Positions 16,470 through 25,255 of a stretch of 35,178 bases of DNA are shown here, piece by piece. The position numbers were made by a program, and so were the translations under genes. Each line of letters opens with the position of its first letter. The first letter of the stretch is position 1. A model generated the notes under the pieces. That model searched no databases. It saw only the letters and a list, made by a program, of their open reading frames with translations, and had not been told where the DNA came from. This stretch comes from a virus (taxonomy: Duplodnaviria > Caudoviricetes). The DNA lies in the IMG/VR virus record IMGVR_UViG_3300046028_005878, positions 1 to 35,178 of that record; one strand, given 5' to 3'.

Positions 16470-16630
16470 TTCAGATATGCCTCTACTTTAAATTGAATAC
16501 GTCCATCAGGTGACTTAATATAATGGATTCCTTCAGCAAAGTCACCTCTGGCGATTTTAGATCGCAGTGCATCTTCTGTATAGCCTGTTTCCTCGGCTAG
16601 TTTTGATATTGTTACTAATGGTAAGATCAT
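16391..16630 (-). CDS. xis: excisionase
   Basis: VTISKLAEETGYTEDALRSKIARG..EGIHYIKSPDGR; overlaps int start; GAGGT RBS. Confidence 0.85.
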   Translation of the reverse strand: MILPLVTISKLAEETGYTEDALRSKIARGDFAEGIHYIKSPDGRIQFKVEAYLKWVESNSTVKASKSRSTGMASATARL

Positions 16631-16710
16631 TTTAAAAATACCTCGAATTTAATTGTCTAAATCTTCTACGCCCTATACACCTAAGTCTAAACATTGATAA
16701 ACGTGAGCGC

Positions 16711-16878
16711 CTAGATGCGCTTGTTAAGTTTTATCGTGCCTACGGCTATCATCTTACGCACTGTAGGCACTGACAAGCCTATCATCTCACTGGCTTGTTT
16801 CTGCGTAACGTGTGAAGGGCGTGGGCGCATTTCTGCATAAGCCCTAACCGCTTCAATGGCTACTTGTAAATTTGTCAT
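16711..16878 (-). CDS. second excisionase-like HTH protein (55 aa, possibly truncated)
   Basis: MTNLQVAIEAVRAYAEMRPRPSHVTQKQASEMIGLSVPTVRKMIAVGTIKLNKRI; AGGTGAG RBS; ATGA-coupled. Confidence 0.6.
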   Translation of the reverse strand: MTNLQVAIEAVRAYAEMRPRPSHVTQKQASEMIGLSVPTVRKMIAVGTIKLNKRI

Positions 16879-17009
16879 TTCTCACCTTTCATATCTTTCA
16901 ATCCTTGCTTATAAGCAGTCCATAGCGCCTTAGTCAGCGCTTCATCAAAGCTATCTGTTTTAATCAGCTTATCTGCGAATACTTTTCTTAGTTCGGTTAG
17001 GTTAATCAT
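16875..17009 (-). CDS. hypothetical protein (44 aa)
   Basis: MINLTELRKVFADKLIKTDSFDEALTKALWTAYKQGLKDMKGEK; ATGA-coupled at both ends. Confidence 0.6.
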   Translation of the reverse strand: MINLTELRKVFADKLIKTDSFDEALTKALWTAYKQGLKDMKGEK

Positions 17010-17167
17010 TGCTTAACCTTTACCCAATATTCAGGACAAGTTCCGTCATCTTTAATCGGTATATCCATAAAGTATGATTGCCTATACTCATTAGGCGTTG
17101 CATTTTTACGATAACAATTAACGCATATTTCTTTAGTAGTGCCTTTGCACATAGTTATATCAGCCAT
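17006..17167 (-). CDS. small Cys-rich phage protein (53 aa)
   Basis: MADITMCKG..ICVNCYR..QSYF..CPEYW; coupled to both neighbours. Confidence 0.7.
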   Translation of the reverse strand: MADITMCKGTTKEICVNCYRKNATPNEYRQSYFMDIPIKDDGTCPEYWVKVKQ

Positions 17168-17637
17168 CATTCACCTTTCACGCGCATGGCTGGTGGTTGT
17201 GGTAGTGGTTGCCAGTGGGTTATGTTTTTAAAAGTTAAAGTGTCGCCGAAATATAAATTATCATCAATCAACCCATCGCTACCTTCGTCCCAATCATTTT
17301 CTTCATAAAAGTTTGCTTTAGTATGTCCAAACCTTGAACCATACCATAGCGTAAAAACAGCATTTGTTTTTTTCCAAAACACCAAAACTCGCAATCTTTT
17401 CTGCGTTACTGATTGATAATCTGGCAATCTATCATCTACGTTAATCCACTTATCAGCCTCATTCTCTTTGATGATTGCGTTTAGTCGGGCGATTTCTGCT
17501 TGTTGTGATTTTTCAACTGCATTAGCAAATTCTAATAACACAGCTTCTCTATCAAATAAGTTACCCATTATCATTACATGCTCAATATTAATATCTAGCT
17601 CATCGCGTATTTTTCTAACAGTTGTAATATCACTCAT
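17167..17637 (-). CDS. DUF551 (Eaa-like) domain protein
   Basis: WINVDDRLP...ITHWQPLPQPP. Confidence 0.8.
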   Translation of the reverse strand: MSDITTVRKIRDELDINIEHVMIMGNLFDREAVLLEFANAVEKSQQAEIARLNAIIKENEADKWINVDDRLPDYQSVTQKRLRVLVFWKKTNAVFTLWYGSRFGHTKANFYEENDWDEGSDGLIDDNLYFGDTLTFKNITHWQPLPQPPAMRVKGE

Positions 17638-18182
17638 TACTCACACTCCTCTAATGCTTCAATAATGTACTTTGGCACAAATGTTTTGTCTGAATATGAG
17701 CTGTATTCTTGTTGCAAAGCCTCTCGCATCTTTTCCACTTTGGCTGTGAGGTCGGCTATCTTAGTTTCCGCCAAGTCACAATAGTCAACATACTTTTGGC
17801 TTGCTACCAGTGCTGTACCTTCACTTTCATTTGCACGTTTAAATTCAAACGCTAAATCGCTTTCACGGTCTTTTATTTGTTCTTCCAACTCTTTACACTT
17901 AGCCTCTAGCTCTGATGTGTTTGGTGATTTTAGATACAATTCAGTTCCAAGATGTGGCAATACATCACACTGCCAACCTTTACCAACTATGTAGATTGGC
18001 TTTTGTGAGCTTGTCTCACTCTCATTAGGTTGTGATAGTGCTTGTTCGCATAAAGTAATGGCATCATCGCGTAGTTTGTAAACTTCGTCTGTATCACATT
18101 TAGCATCATGATAATTGTCGTCTATTGTTATTGCTCGCAATGCTTTAATCGATGTTTGTAATGCTTGTGTAGTCATATTCAT
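17637..18182 (-). CDS. hypothetical coiled-coil phage protein
   Basis: coupled start/stop; GAGGAG RBS. Confidence 0.7.
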   Translation of the reverse strand: MNMTTQALQTSIKALRAITIDDNYHDAKCDTDEVYKLRDDAITLCEQALSQPNESETSSQKPIYIVGKGWQCDVLPHLGTELYLKSPNTSELEAKCKELEEQIKDRESDLAFEFKRANESEGTALVASQKYVDYCDLAETKIADLTAKVEKMREALQQEYSSYSDKTFVPKYIIEALEECE

Positions 18183-18592
18183 TTCTCCTCTATCAGTTTG
18201 CGGATTTCAGACTCAATATCACTATCATCAAGCTCCTTTTCTTCCATAAACAAAAAATCAGCCACATCTCCACCAGTAAAGTATTCATCTCTATGTAATT
18301 CGTATTTTTTACTAATATACAGAATCCCCATGCGGAAAGCATCTTTAACTGACTGTGGCTGTGGTGGGGCTAGGTGAAGTTTCTCACCTAATCTAACTGG
18401 TTTATACCATTCAAACTCTCTAGGATTTCCTGCTATTGACAACCCCGTCACAATACCAACAGCCTCACCACTAACCGCAGGTGCTGAGTTTATTGCATCT
18501 AAAATGTTAGTTATAAACCATTCGCTACCTTGTAAATCTGTTGAATTTTCAGTGAAGTATTTAACCAACAAATCCGCGTCTATTAATCTCAT
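18179..18592 (-). CDS. hypothetical phage protein (MRLIDAD type)
   Basis: MRLIDAD..INSAPAV motif; AAGGA RBS; ATGA-coupled. Confidence 0.7.
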   Translation of the reverse strand: MRLIDADLLVKYFTENSTDLQGSEWFITNILDAINSAPAVSGEAVGIVTGLSIAGNPREFEWYKPVRLGEKLHLAPPQPQSVKDAFRMGILYISKKYELHRDEYFTGGDVADFLFMEEKELDDSDIESEIRKLIEEK

Positions 18593-18834
18593 TTCGTTTC
18601 CTTAAAGAACGTAACGCTTTCAATATTGTGTTGACATAATTCGGCAATAATATTTTCGCCAACAAAAACCCTAAGATATGGAATGTTTGAATACATACCA
18701 CTTTTTTCGCACTGCTCTATTTTTGTAACTCCCATAATTCCATCAACCGTATAGCTAACCTCACTACCATCATTTAGCGTTTTAACGCATATAGATTTAA
18801 CTCTTAAATTTTCAGTTGCTGAGAATTCGCTCAT
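18589..18834 (-). CDS. hypothetical protein (81 aa; start reassigned from 18942)
   Basis: ATGA coupling and AAGGA RBS at 18834; flanked by a 16-bp direct repeat. Confidence 0.65.
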   Translation of the reverse strand: MSEFSATENLRVKSICVKTLNDGSEVSYTVDGIMGVTKIEQCEKSGMYSNIPYLRVFVGENIIAELCQHNIESVTFFKETK

Positions 18835-19106
18835 TTCGTTTCCTTTGGTAAAGTGTAGAGTGGTATGGTATGAGAGCCATATACTGTTGATTTTGTAGAT
18901 ATTTCTGTGTAGTTCAAATCTCTGTTTATCCACGCAACACATTCACACCTACTCACAAAATCAGCCTCGACAGCTAGGCGGAAGGCTTCGAGTTTTTTTC
19001 TAATATCACCATTTGAAATTGAATAATATTGCGATGGAGCTACAGATATAACTTCGCCATCTATATTAAATCCACACTCTTTAGCCAGTTCAATTGTTGT
19101 TTTCAT
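18831..19106 (-). CDS. hypothetical phage protein
   Basis: IELAKECGF..VAWI..PLYTLP pattern; coupled. Confidence 0.7.
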   Translation of the reverse strand: MKTTIELAKECGFNIDGEVISVAPSQYYSISNGDIRKKLEAFRLAVEADFVSRCECVAWINRDLNYTEISTKSTVYGSHTIPLYTLPKETK

Positions 19107-19363
19107 TTATCATCCTGTAAATTATTAGCCCATTTAATAGCTTCTGCTTTGCTGGTAATTTTTAATGCTTTTGATTCACATGAAGCTAAAGTTAGTGAAA
19201 TTATAAAAATAAATATTGATGCTAATGTCCATGCTAGCTCATCTAAAAACCAGCTACTAATCATGAGTAGAAATGCAAGAGCATAAGTAAATAAGTCGCT
19301 AATAATGCTTTGCCACCACTTCTCATGTTTTTCAAATAAAACGTATTGTATTTTTGTCATCAT
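19103..19363 (-). CDS. two-TM membrane protein
   Basis: two hydrophobic segments; AAGGA RBS. Confidence 0.6.
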   Translation of the reverse strand: MMTKIQYVLFEKHEKWWQSIISDLFTYALAFLLMISSWFLDELAWTLASIFIFIISLTLASCESKALKITSKAEAIKWANNLQDDK

Positions 19364-19417
19364 CTTTTCCTTTTGTTAAATATCTACTCTTGCAAGGATT
19401 CCTGCCAGTTATAAGAG

Positions 19418-19630
19418 TTAGTCGCTAACCCATCCATCATCACTATCAAATGCATGATGACTATCGAAAACCAACGAATGACCAACATGAGTAACCAAGA
19501 ATTCTTCAAGCGCCTTGCCTGTTTTCCCATTGTCAAGATAAAGCCATGGGCGTTCAGAGCCAGCACCTTGCTGTCCAATCCACAGACATTTCTTGCAGGC
19601 TTTGCAACCTATGAAATATGTTGTGCTCAT
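19418..19630 (-). CDS. small Cys/His (Zn-binding-like) protein
   Basis: CKACKKCLWIGQ..FLVTHVGH; AAGGA RBS. Confidence 0.6.
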   Translation of the reverse strand: MSTTYFIGCKACKKCLWIGQQGAGSERPWLYLDNGKTGKALEEFLVTHVGHSLVFDSHHAFDSDDGWVSD

Positions 19631-19674
19631 TTTTAATTCATCCTTATGTTACGGTTATACGATATAGTATATTT

Positions 19675-20139
19675 TTATGCTGAAGGTCTGTAGTAATTAC
19701 CGCCAGCAATCGCATTTTGCCTAGCCTTCATGAACTGTAAAACCTCTGCGCCTGTGACTTGATTCAGCATTTCATCATGTATCGCTATAAGCTCTTTAAT
19801 CGCAGTGTAACCAGTGCCATCAAAGCCGAATGTGCCGTACTTGTGGTATCTATCTTTCATGCGAAACATTGCTTCTCTAGCCCAATAGATTTCATCGCCA
19901 TACGCTTTATCAAATAAGTTTTCACTCATTAAATAAACCACATCAACTGTGCTGGCTAGTATGTCAAAGTGTGTCGGTTGCCCTACGCCATTGGTGATAG
20001 CTAGTAATGCGCCATGTATCTGCTCGTTTAACAATACTTTGCTATCTTCGGTTACTGGTTTGGCAAGCCTGATAGTGCGAAAGGCTGAATCAATCACGAT
20101 GTGCTTAGGCTGATACTTCTTTGTACGTTTAGCTTTCAT
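19675..20139 (-). CDS. hypothetical phage protein (start probably 20139)
   Basis: MKAKRTKKYQPK basic N-terminus; ATGA-coupled to the upstream peptide. Confidence 0.7.
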   Translation of the reverse strand: MKAKRTKKYQPKHIVIDSAFRTIRLAKPVTEDSKVLLNEQIHGALLAITNGVGQPTHFDILASTVDVVYLMSENLFDKAYGDEIYWAREAMFRMKDRYHKYGTFGFDGTGYTAIKELIAIHDEMLNQVTGAEVLQFMKARQNAIAGGNYYRPSA

Positions 20140-20213
20140 TTTAGAGCCTGCCATTTGTCGTCATTCTTTTTTCTGCGCTGTTGCTTAACGCTGCGCTTGC
20201 TTGTTTTTGCCAT
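20136..20213 (-). CDS. 25-aa Arg/Lys-rich peptide
   Basis: MAKTSKRSVKQQRRKKNDDKWQALK; AAGG RBS; stop overlaps the next ATG. Confidence 0.45.
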   Translation of the reverse strand: MAKTSKRSVKQQRRKKNDDKWQALK

Positions 20214-20234
20214 ATAAGCCTTTCATTAAATTAA

Positions 20235-20435
20235 GTGGTGGCAGGGTTTGATTCCTGCTTGACTATGCTTGATGTTAGTTGCCACCCTAATTCGGGGATA
20301 GTCGTTAATATTTTCATCAAGTTTATTGGTCGTTATTGGCTTGCCGAGTATTTACGCAACTTTTCTTACAGCCAATCTTCTTCTAACAACCATCCATGCC
20401 GATTAACATTTGTGTGTCCATCCACACCGCACCAC
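20235..20435 (-). ncRNA. tRNA-like structured RNA with ~150 nt replacing the anticodon arm
   Basis: GTGGTG/CACCAC acceptor-like stem, CG linker, GTGT-GGATGG-ACAC D-like arm, GCAGG-AATCAAAC-CCTGC T-like arm directly abutting the 3' acceptor strand. Confidence 0.55.
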
Positions 20436-20556
20436 ACAACTGGCAACTGCTTACTTCGGATTTTCCGTGCGGTTTACCCCACTTGCTACTTGTCCGTTTT
20501 CTAGTTAGCTACCTATTCACAATTGCCAGTTGTGTGGTGACTGGTAACGCCAGTCA
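20430..20556 (-). repeat. 17-bp perfect inverted repeat (RNase III-like stem) plus adjacent small hairpin
   Basis: CACCACACAACTGGCAA 20430-20446 / TTGCCAGTTGTGTGGTG 20523-20539; TGACTGG-TAACG-CCAGTCA 20538-20556. Confidence 0.8.
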
Positions 20557-20567
20557 GCCAGTTAAAA

Positions 20568-21263
20568 CTAATTTGCTTTTAATACTTCTCTTGAGCCATT
20601 TGACTGCATGGATGAAACAACCCCTGCCTCTTCCATTGATTCAATTAACCTTGCTGCGCGGTTATAACCAATCATTAACTGTCGTTGCACGGCGCTAATA
20701 GATGCGCGCTGCGTTGAAACAACTACGAATTTTGCTTGCTCATACAGTGGATCAAAATCACCCGAGCCAGGTGTTAGCTCGCTTAATGAATCAACTAACT
20801 TCTCAGCAGTACTTATTTGCTCAACGCCATCAAAATTAAGCTCCGTATTCTGTGGCGTTAACTCAATTCCAATCATTTCATCTAAGAACTCGGCTAACGT
20901 TGCAACTACTTGGCTAGTAGGTTTGAAGCTGAGCGAGAAGGTTAGGTCTATCAAATTGCCATTCACTGGTGCCAATTTGAATTTCTTAACGGTCACTCCG
21001 TAATAAGTGCGTTCATTTAGTACTAGGCAATAACTTACCAAGTCAATTTCAAAGCTAAGTTGCTCCATGCGTTTAAATCGCGGCGTACCATCTGGCAAGA
21101 ACATAAATTCAGTTAAACCCTCGCCAAAGAAGTTGGCTATTTCTGATGAAATGCGAGTTTTCAATTTAAGGTCTAAGGCAAGCTCTTTGTTATCCTCACT
21201 ACCTTCTTTACGAGTGTTGATGTGTACTAACTCGGCACGCGTATTTAGCTTGAATTTATCCAT
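20568..21263 (-). CDS. phage protein with C-terminal FtsK gamma (winged-helix) domain
   Basis: [50 protein letters not shown]; no ATPase motor. Confidence 0.85.
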   Translation of the reverse strand: MDKFKLNTRAELVHINTRKEGSEDNKELALDLKLKTRISSEIANFFGEGLTEFMFLPDGTPRFKRMEQLSFEIDLVSYCLVLNERTYYGVTVKKFKLAPVNGNLIDLTFSLSFKPTSQVVATLAEFLDEMIGIELTPQNTELNFDGVEQISTAEKLVDSLSELTPGSGDFDPLYEQAKFVVVSTQRASISAVQRQLMIGYNRAARLIESMEEAGVVSSMQSNGSREVLKAN

Positions 21264-21265
21264 GA

Positions 21266-22909
21266 TTAAGCAGCTTTCTGCATATCAAAATTCGCTTGAT
21301 GCTTCAAAAACTCGACCAAAATCGCGCGGACTTTGTTTTCTTCACTGCCGAAGTCACGCGATTTTAGGAATGACGAGATAGCATCTTGCTTTTCAACGAC
21401 TACAGCGCGTAGTTCTACTGGACTGATCTTTACGGTTCCAGCTTCATCTACGGTTGTTAATAGTGCGGAACTGCCAGTTTTAACAACCTCACTAAATGCA
21501 ACTTTTTGAGCTTCTTCATTAGCAGCTAAAACTTCGGCTTGTTCGGCTTTCTCTTTGGCTAATCGGTCAGCCTCAATTGACGCAAGTGCTGTGGCCTCGG
21601 CATCCGCTTTAATCTTAGCTTCACGCTCGGCTTCAACTTTTTTATGCGTTTCAATGCGTGATTTAACAAGCAAGTCGAAATCGTCTGTGGCCTTGAAAAT
21701 GATTGATTGCAGGTCTGCAAATAACATTTCATAACCAGCCGCGTACTCTTTAAACCATGTTTGTTTGCTACGAACGTCATTAGCCACCTGATTAGCCGCA
21801 ATAGTTGAATTAGCCACCAATGTACTAATTGCATCTTGCATCTTGTCGTATCTGCTTTTGCCTTTGACAGCTTCACCAAAGTTAGGCATCACTAGATTTA
21901 AGCGAATAGGCGCAGTATCTTTTTCAAGCGCATTGCTCATATTTTTAAATGCCATTTGTGCGCATTCAATCATTGCTTGTTTTTTAACTAAATCCTGCGC
22001 AATAACATCTTTCTCAAGCTTCAAAGCGGTTACGCGCATATCTTCACACCACGTATCAATCATGCGTGCAGCTTCACCCACTGTGACAGTTTGAGATAGC
22101 ATTGCTTCTTTAGCTAACTTTGCTTGTTCGATACCATCACGTAAATGTTTAGCTGCAGATTTAGCATCTGCAAAGTCTTGATCTGTCACCAGTGCAATAC
22201 TTCTAACATCGTTTAAGCGTTTAGCTAGCGCCTCGCCGTACTCTTTCATGTTGTTAGTAGTGATTTCACCTTTTGCCTGAATGAATAAAGCAGGTAGGGC
22301 AATGATTGCTTGCGCCTTGGGCTGTTCAATTGATACGGTTGGAACGTGAGTTTCAAGGTCACGTTCAAATTGCGCCCAGCCCTCTACAAGATGCTGTTCT
22401 TGTACTTTATTTGGGTAAACCCATACGCTAGCCGTGTTTTCTTCTGTACCGTCAGAAATAGTGAATAACAATTTTTCAGCGCCAGTAACATAAATAATTT
22501 GCTGGCATTGCGGCCAGTGAATTTCAGGCAACTCGCCATTTTTAACTTCCTTATAATGAGCGGCATTGAATTGTTTTGTTTCCCATGCAATATCCCCCAT
22601 GAAATTTAATCCATCGCATGATGCAGATAGCTTCCCAAAAGAATAAGTTACTGGTGATAGTTCTTCACCTAACATTTTTTCTACAACAACTCTTGCTAAC
22701 TTCTCAACCTCGTGTCCTTTGTTAAATATTGCTTGAGTAACATGATTAACCTCTGGTACTAATCCAGTTTTCTTTTCATCTAATAATTGAGTACGTGACT
22801 TATAAGGCGATAAACCTAACATTGAGCTAGCTTCACTTGCTCCAAAGTGCTCTAATCTATATGAATGCCAAGAATTTTCACCTTGGATTAAATTGTGTGA
22901 CGTTCTCAT
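21266..22909 (-). CDS. YqaJ/lambda-type recombination exonuclease with coiled-coil extension
   Basis: QG..WHSYR..GASEAS..KGHEVE..SASCDGL..WETK..QCQQ. Confidence 0.9.
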   Translation of the reverse strand: MRTSHNLIQGENSWHSYRLEHFGASEASSMLGLSPYKSRTQLLDEKKTGLVPEVNHVTQAIFNKGHEVEKLARVVVEKMLGEELSPVTYSFGKLSASCDGLNFMGDIAWETKQFNAAHYKEVKNGELPEIHWPQCQQIIYVTGAEKLLFTISDGTEENTASVWVYPNKVQEQHLVEGWAQFERDLETHVPTVSIEQPKAQAIIALPALFIQAKGEITTNNMKEYGEALAKRLNDVRSIALVTDQDFADAKSAAKHLRDGIEQAKLAKEAMLSQTVTVGEAARMIDTWCEDMRVTALKLEKDVIAQDLVKKQAMIECAQMAFKNMSNALEKDTAPIRLNLVMPNFGEAVKGKSRYDKMQDAISTLVANSTIAANQVANDVRSKQTWFKEYAAGYEMLFADLQSIIFKATDDFDLLVKSRIETHKKVEAEREAKIKADAEATALASIEADRLAKEKAEQAEVLAANEEAQKVAFSEVVKTGSSALLTTVDEAGTVKISPVELRAVVVEKQDAISSFLKSRDFGSEENKVRAILVEFLKHQANFDMQKAA

Positions 22910-23475
22910 GCTGCTATCCTTCCGTGGTTTTCATGAAATGAATAATTTATATTTGCATTTTTTCTAGCGGAAATGGCTTCATCTAAGCTTGTAAATTCTC
23001 CAATATGAATAGATCTTTTATTAACCATTAATTTTGCTATAAACTTTTTTCTTCTATTATCAAAATGAACCCCTGTAAATCCAGTTGTATTAGATTTGCT
23101 TTTTGGTAAATTTTTACTGTTTGTTGACTGGTCTACATTTCTTAAATTTGATAGCTTATTGTTTAATTTATTTCCATCAATGTGATCAATTTGTACAGGC
23201 CATACATTATTAAAATAAGCATATACAACCCTATGCGCATAAAACTTTCTTCCAAATAAAGTGCCTTTTAAATATCCACTTCTTGTTATAAAATTAAATG
23301 CTAGTTTGTTTTTGTAAACCTTATTCCATGCTGATGCATTAGATTTCGCAGACCTTTTTTTACTTTTAAAAAAATGATCAGATCTTTCTTTCCAATATAT
23401 ATTTCCTGTTGATTCATCAATAAAAATCAATGCTTTTAATACATCTATTGGGATTTCTAACATGGCAATTTTCAT
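22906..23475 (-). CDS. HNH-AP2 homing endonuclease inserted between recT and exo
   Basis: YAHRVVYAY..IDHIDGNKLNNKLSNLR..N; NTTGFTGV..IGEFTSLDEAISAR..FHENHG; markedly AT-rich. Confidence 0.9.
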   Translation of the reverse strand: MKIAMLEIPIDVLKALIFIDESTGNIYWKERSDHFFKSKKRSAKSNASAWNKVYKNKLAFNFITRSGYLKGTLFGRKFYAHRVVYAYFNNVWPVQIDHIDGNKLNNKLSNLRNVDQSTNSKNLPKSKSNTTGFTGVHFDNRRKKFIAKLMVNKRSIHIGEFTSLDEAISARKNANINYSFHENHGRIAA

Positions 23476-23477
23476 GA

Positions 23478-24347
23478 CTATTTATCTGCCTTATCGTAAG
23501 CGTCTGTAAAGTCGCTGTTGTCGTTAGATTGAGTAACTTCGTTTTCAACTGTTTGCGGTTCAGTTGCAACTACCCATGATTTAATTTCACTCACTTGTGC
23601 ATCTGTTAAGTCAGCGCCTTTGCTTTGAATCCACACAATCAGATCAGCTACAGTTTTCTTACCGCCTTGTACTGCTGATTTCCATTTTGGCAATTGCGTT
23701 GCAAAAGCTTCATCTGAAACAAATTGTTTAGCTGCTGGCTCGGCTGGCAATGTTTCACCTTGATTTGTTACGTCACGCTCTGCTACAGGCGCATCTTGTA
23801 ATTCTTCTGCTGTGTAAACGCCAAGAATTGCACCTGGGCAATACATACGCGCCCAATTCTTAACTTGCAGATAGGCCATTTGTTGTTTGACGTTAGTTTT
23901 CCATAACGGACTGTTCTTAGTGGTCACGCTGGCGCTTGCTAACCACTCACCCCAAGTAATGTCATTTTGTCCGTTTAATACAGCACCTACACGGCACGAT
24001 ACAAAAGCATTTGGCGCTGTGCCGCCTTCGTCTTTGTACTCGTAGCTGAATGATCCTTTGATTGAATTTGATGATTGCACAACGGCATTAACCAATTGCG
24101 CTTCATAACCAAGTTTCCCGCTAACTATGTGCGTTTTTTGAGCAACTATATATGGATCCATTCCCCAGTTCATAGCTTGCATAATAATTGCCGCGCAATC
24201 ACCTTCATTTTTTTGTAAATGTTCAGGTACGGTAACGCGGCTGCTTGCCATCATTTTTGCTAATGACATCACACGATCCATATAATTATCATTAGTGATA
24301 ATTGATATTGATGATGCTCTTGCTTGTTCTATAATTTCTGTACTCAT
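23478..24347 (-). CDS. recT: RecT/Red-beta family single-strand annealing protein
   Basis: VPEHL..GDCAAIIMQAMNWGMDPY.VAQKTHIVSGKLGYEAQLVNAV..NSPLWKT..QQMAY..WARMYCPGAILGVYTAEE. Confidence 0.9.
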   Translation of the reverse strand: MSTEIIEQARASSISIITNDNYMDRVMSLAKMMASSRVTVPEHLQKNEGDCAAIIMQAMNWGMDPYIVAQKTHIVSGKLGYEAQLVNAVVQSSNSIKGSFSYEYKDEGGTAPNAFVSCRVGAVLNGQNDITWGEWLASASVTTKNSPLWKTNVKQQMAYLQVKNWARMYCPGAILGVYTAEELQDAPVAERDVTNQGETLPAEPAAKQFVSDEAFATQLPKWKSAVQGGKKTVADLIVWIQSKGADLTDAQVSEIKSWVVATEPQTVENEVTQSNDNSDFTDAYDKADK

Positions 24348-24365
24348 AATTTTTCTCTTTTCAAT

Positions 24366-24476
24366 TTAATAAGGGTCGTGCGCGTCTTTTTCTTCAATCG
24401 GCGCTATCATGTGGTCACCGAAAATAGCGAGTAGTAATATTCCAGCGACTATGCCGCCTATAATCCAGTAAATCAT
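24366..24476 (-). CDS. 36-aa single-TM peptide
   Basis: MIYWIIGGIVAGILLLAIFGDHMIAPIEEKDAHDPY; ATGA-coupled; AAGGA RBS. Confidence 0.55.
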   Translation of the reverse strand: MIYWIIGGIVAGILLLAIFGDHMIAPIEEKDAHDPY

Positions 24477-24679
24477 TTGGCAATCCTTCCGCAGAATGTG
24501 TGAAATTCATTAGGGTTACGGCTTACATTAGTCTCAATACAAGCCGTTTCGCTAACAGAGGGCTCTGCCTGAAAGTAATCATTGAGCATCGCACCAGCTA
24601 CGACAGCGACCACAAAAAACAGCACTGGTAGCACGTGGCTGGTAGCCTTCATTAATTTAATTTTGGTTGTTGATAACAT
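24473..24679 (-). CDS. small membrane protein (start 24679 or 24652)
   Basis: one hydrophobic segment followed by a two-Cys tail. Confidence 0.6.
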   Translation of the reverse strand: MLSTTKIKLMKATSHVLPVLFFVVAVVAGAMLNDYFQAEPSVSETACIETNVSRNPNEFHTFCGRIAK

Positions 24680-24836
24680 TTTTATTCTCTTGGTTATATT
24701 TAGCTAAGTAGGCTTGATAATCAGATTCCCAACTTGAATGAAGTCGAACCTGCTCCGTTGTATCGCCGTAGCTATTAACAATTACCGTTTCACGGCTATG
24801 TTTTGAGGCGCGGTTGAAGTCAGCTAGTAAGGACAC
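24657..24836 (-). CDS. hypothetical protein (59 aa, GTG start)
   Basis: GAGG RBS; fills the gap in the operon; MSLLADFNRASKHSRETVIVN... Confidence 0.45.
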   Translation of the reverse strand: MSLLADFNRASKHSRETVIVNSYGDTTEQVRLHSSWESDYQAYLAKYNQENKNVINNQN

Positions 24837-24839
24837 GAT

Positions 24840-25253
24840 CTAAGCCTCGACCTTGGCTATTGCAGCTTCAATTGCCGGCAGTGTTAAAAGTGCTGGATCT
24901 GTTGTATCTGCATCAGGCATCTTTATTGCACCAACTTCAATGCCATTGACGATAAATTCTCGCGCTGACTTTAATGCAACCAGCAACTCATCGCGCTGTT
25001 TCGCAGTTTGTAGAAGTAGGTCAAATATTGGCGCTGGACTATTTTCGACTTGAGTAAGTTTTTCTATAGGTATTCCAGCACATGCATTCACACAGGCAAC
25101 AATTCGCGCTGCATTCGATTTTGTAACTGATTCACAAACCAAATGACCGCCGTAATATTCAATGTCATCGCTGCCGCCAATTTCTTTAATTGGAAAATTT
25201 GCAACTACTGCACCGGCACGGCCAGTACGCCAAGGCTCTTGTGTGTGTGCCAT
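24840..25253 (-). CDS. hypothetical phage protein
   Basis: HTQEPW..NAARIVACVNACAGI..QRDELLVALK..AAIAK motif common in early-left genes. Confidence 0.8.
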   Translation of the reverse strand: MAHTQEPWRTGRAGAVVANFPIKEIGGSDDIEYYGGHLVCESVTKSNAARIVACVNACAGIPIEKLTQVENSPAPIFDLLLQTAKQRDELLVALKSAREFIVNGIEVGAIKMPDADTTDPALLTLPAIEAAIAKVEA

Positions 25254-25255
25254 GA

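Noticed and set aside
16875-17009. Suspected frameshifted pseudogene
   Set aside because: Rereading shows an intact 44-aa ORF coupled at both ends.
20235-20435. tmRNA or HDV-like/theta ribozyme
   Set aside because: No GGGG 5' end, G3:U70 pair or convincing tag ORF; the pseudoknot order resembles HDV P1/P2/P3 but P4 and the catalytic J4/2 strand are missing.
20235-20698. Plus-strand ORFs 20235-20504 and 20396-20698
   Set aside because: Antisense to the operon, no RBS, overlie structured RNA; not protein-like.
24742-24754. GCAGGTTCGAC T-loop-like motif on the minus strand
   Set aside because: No complementary T-stem or acceptor strand; lies within a small CDS.
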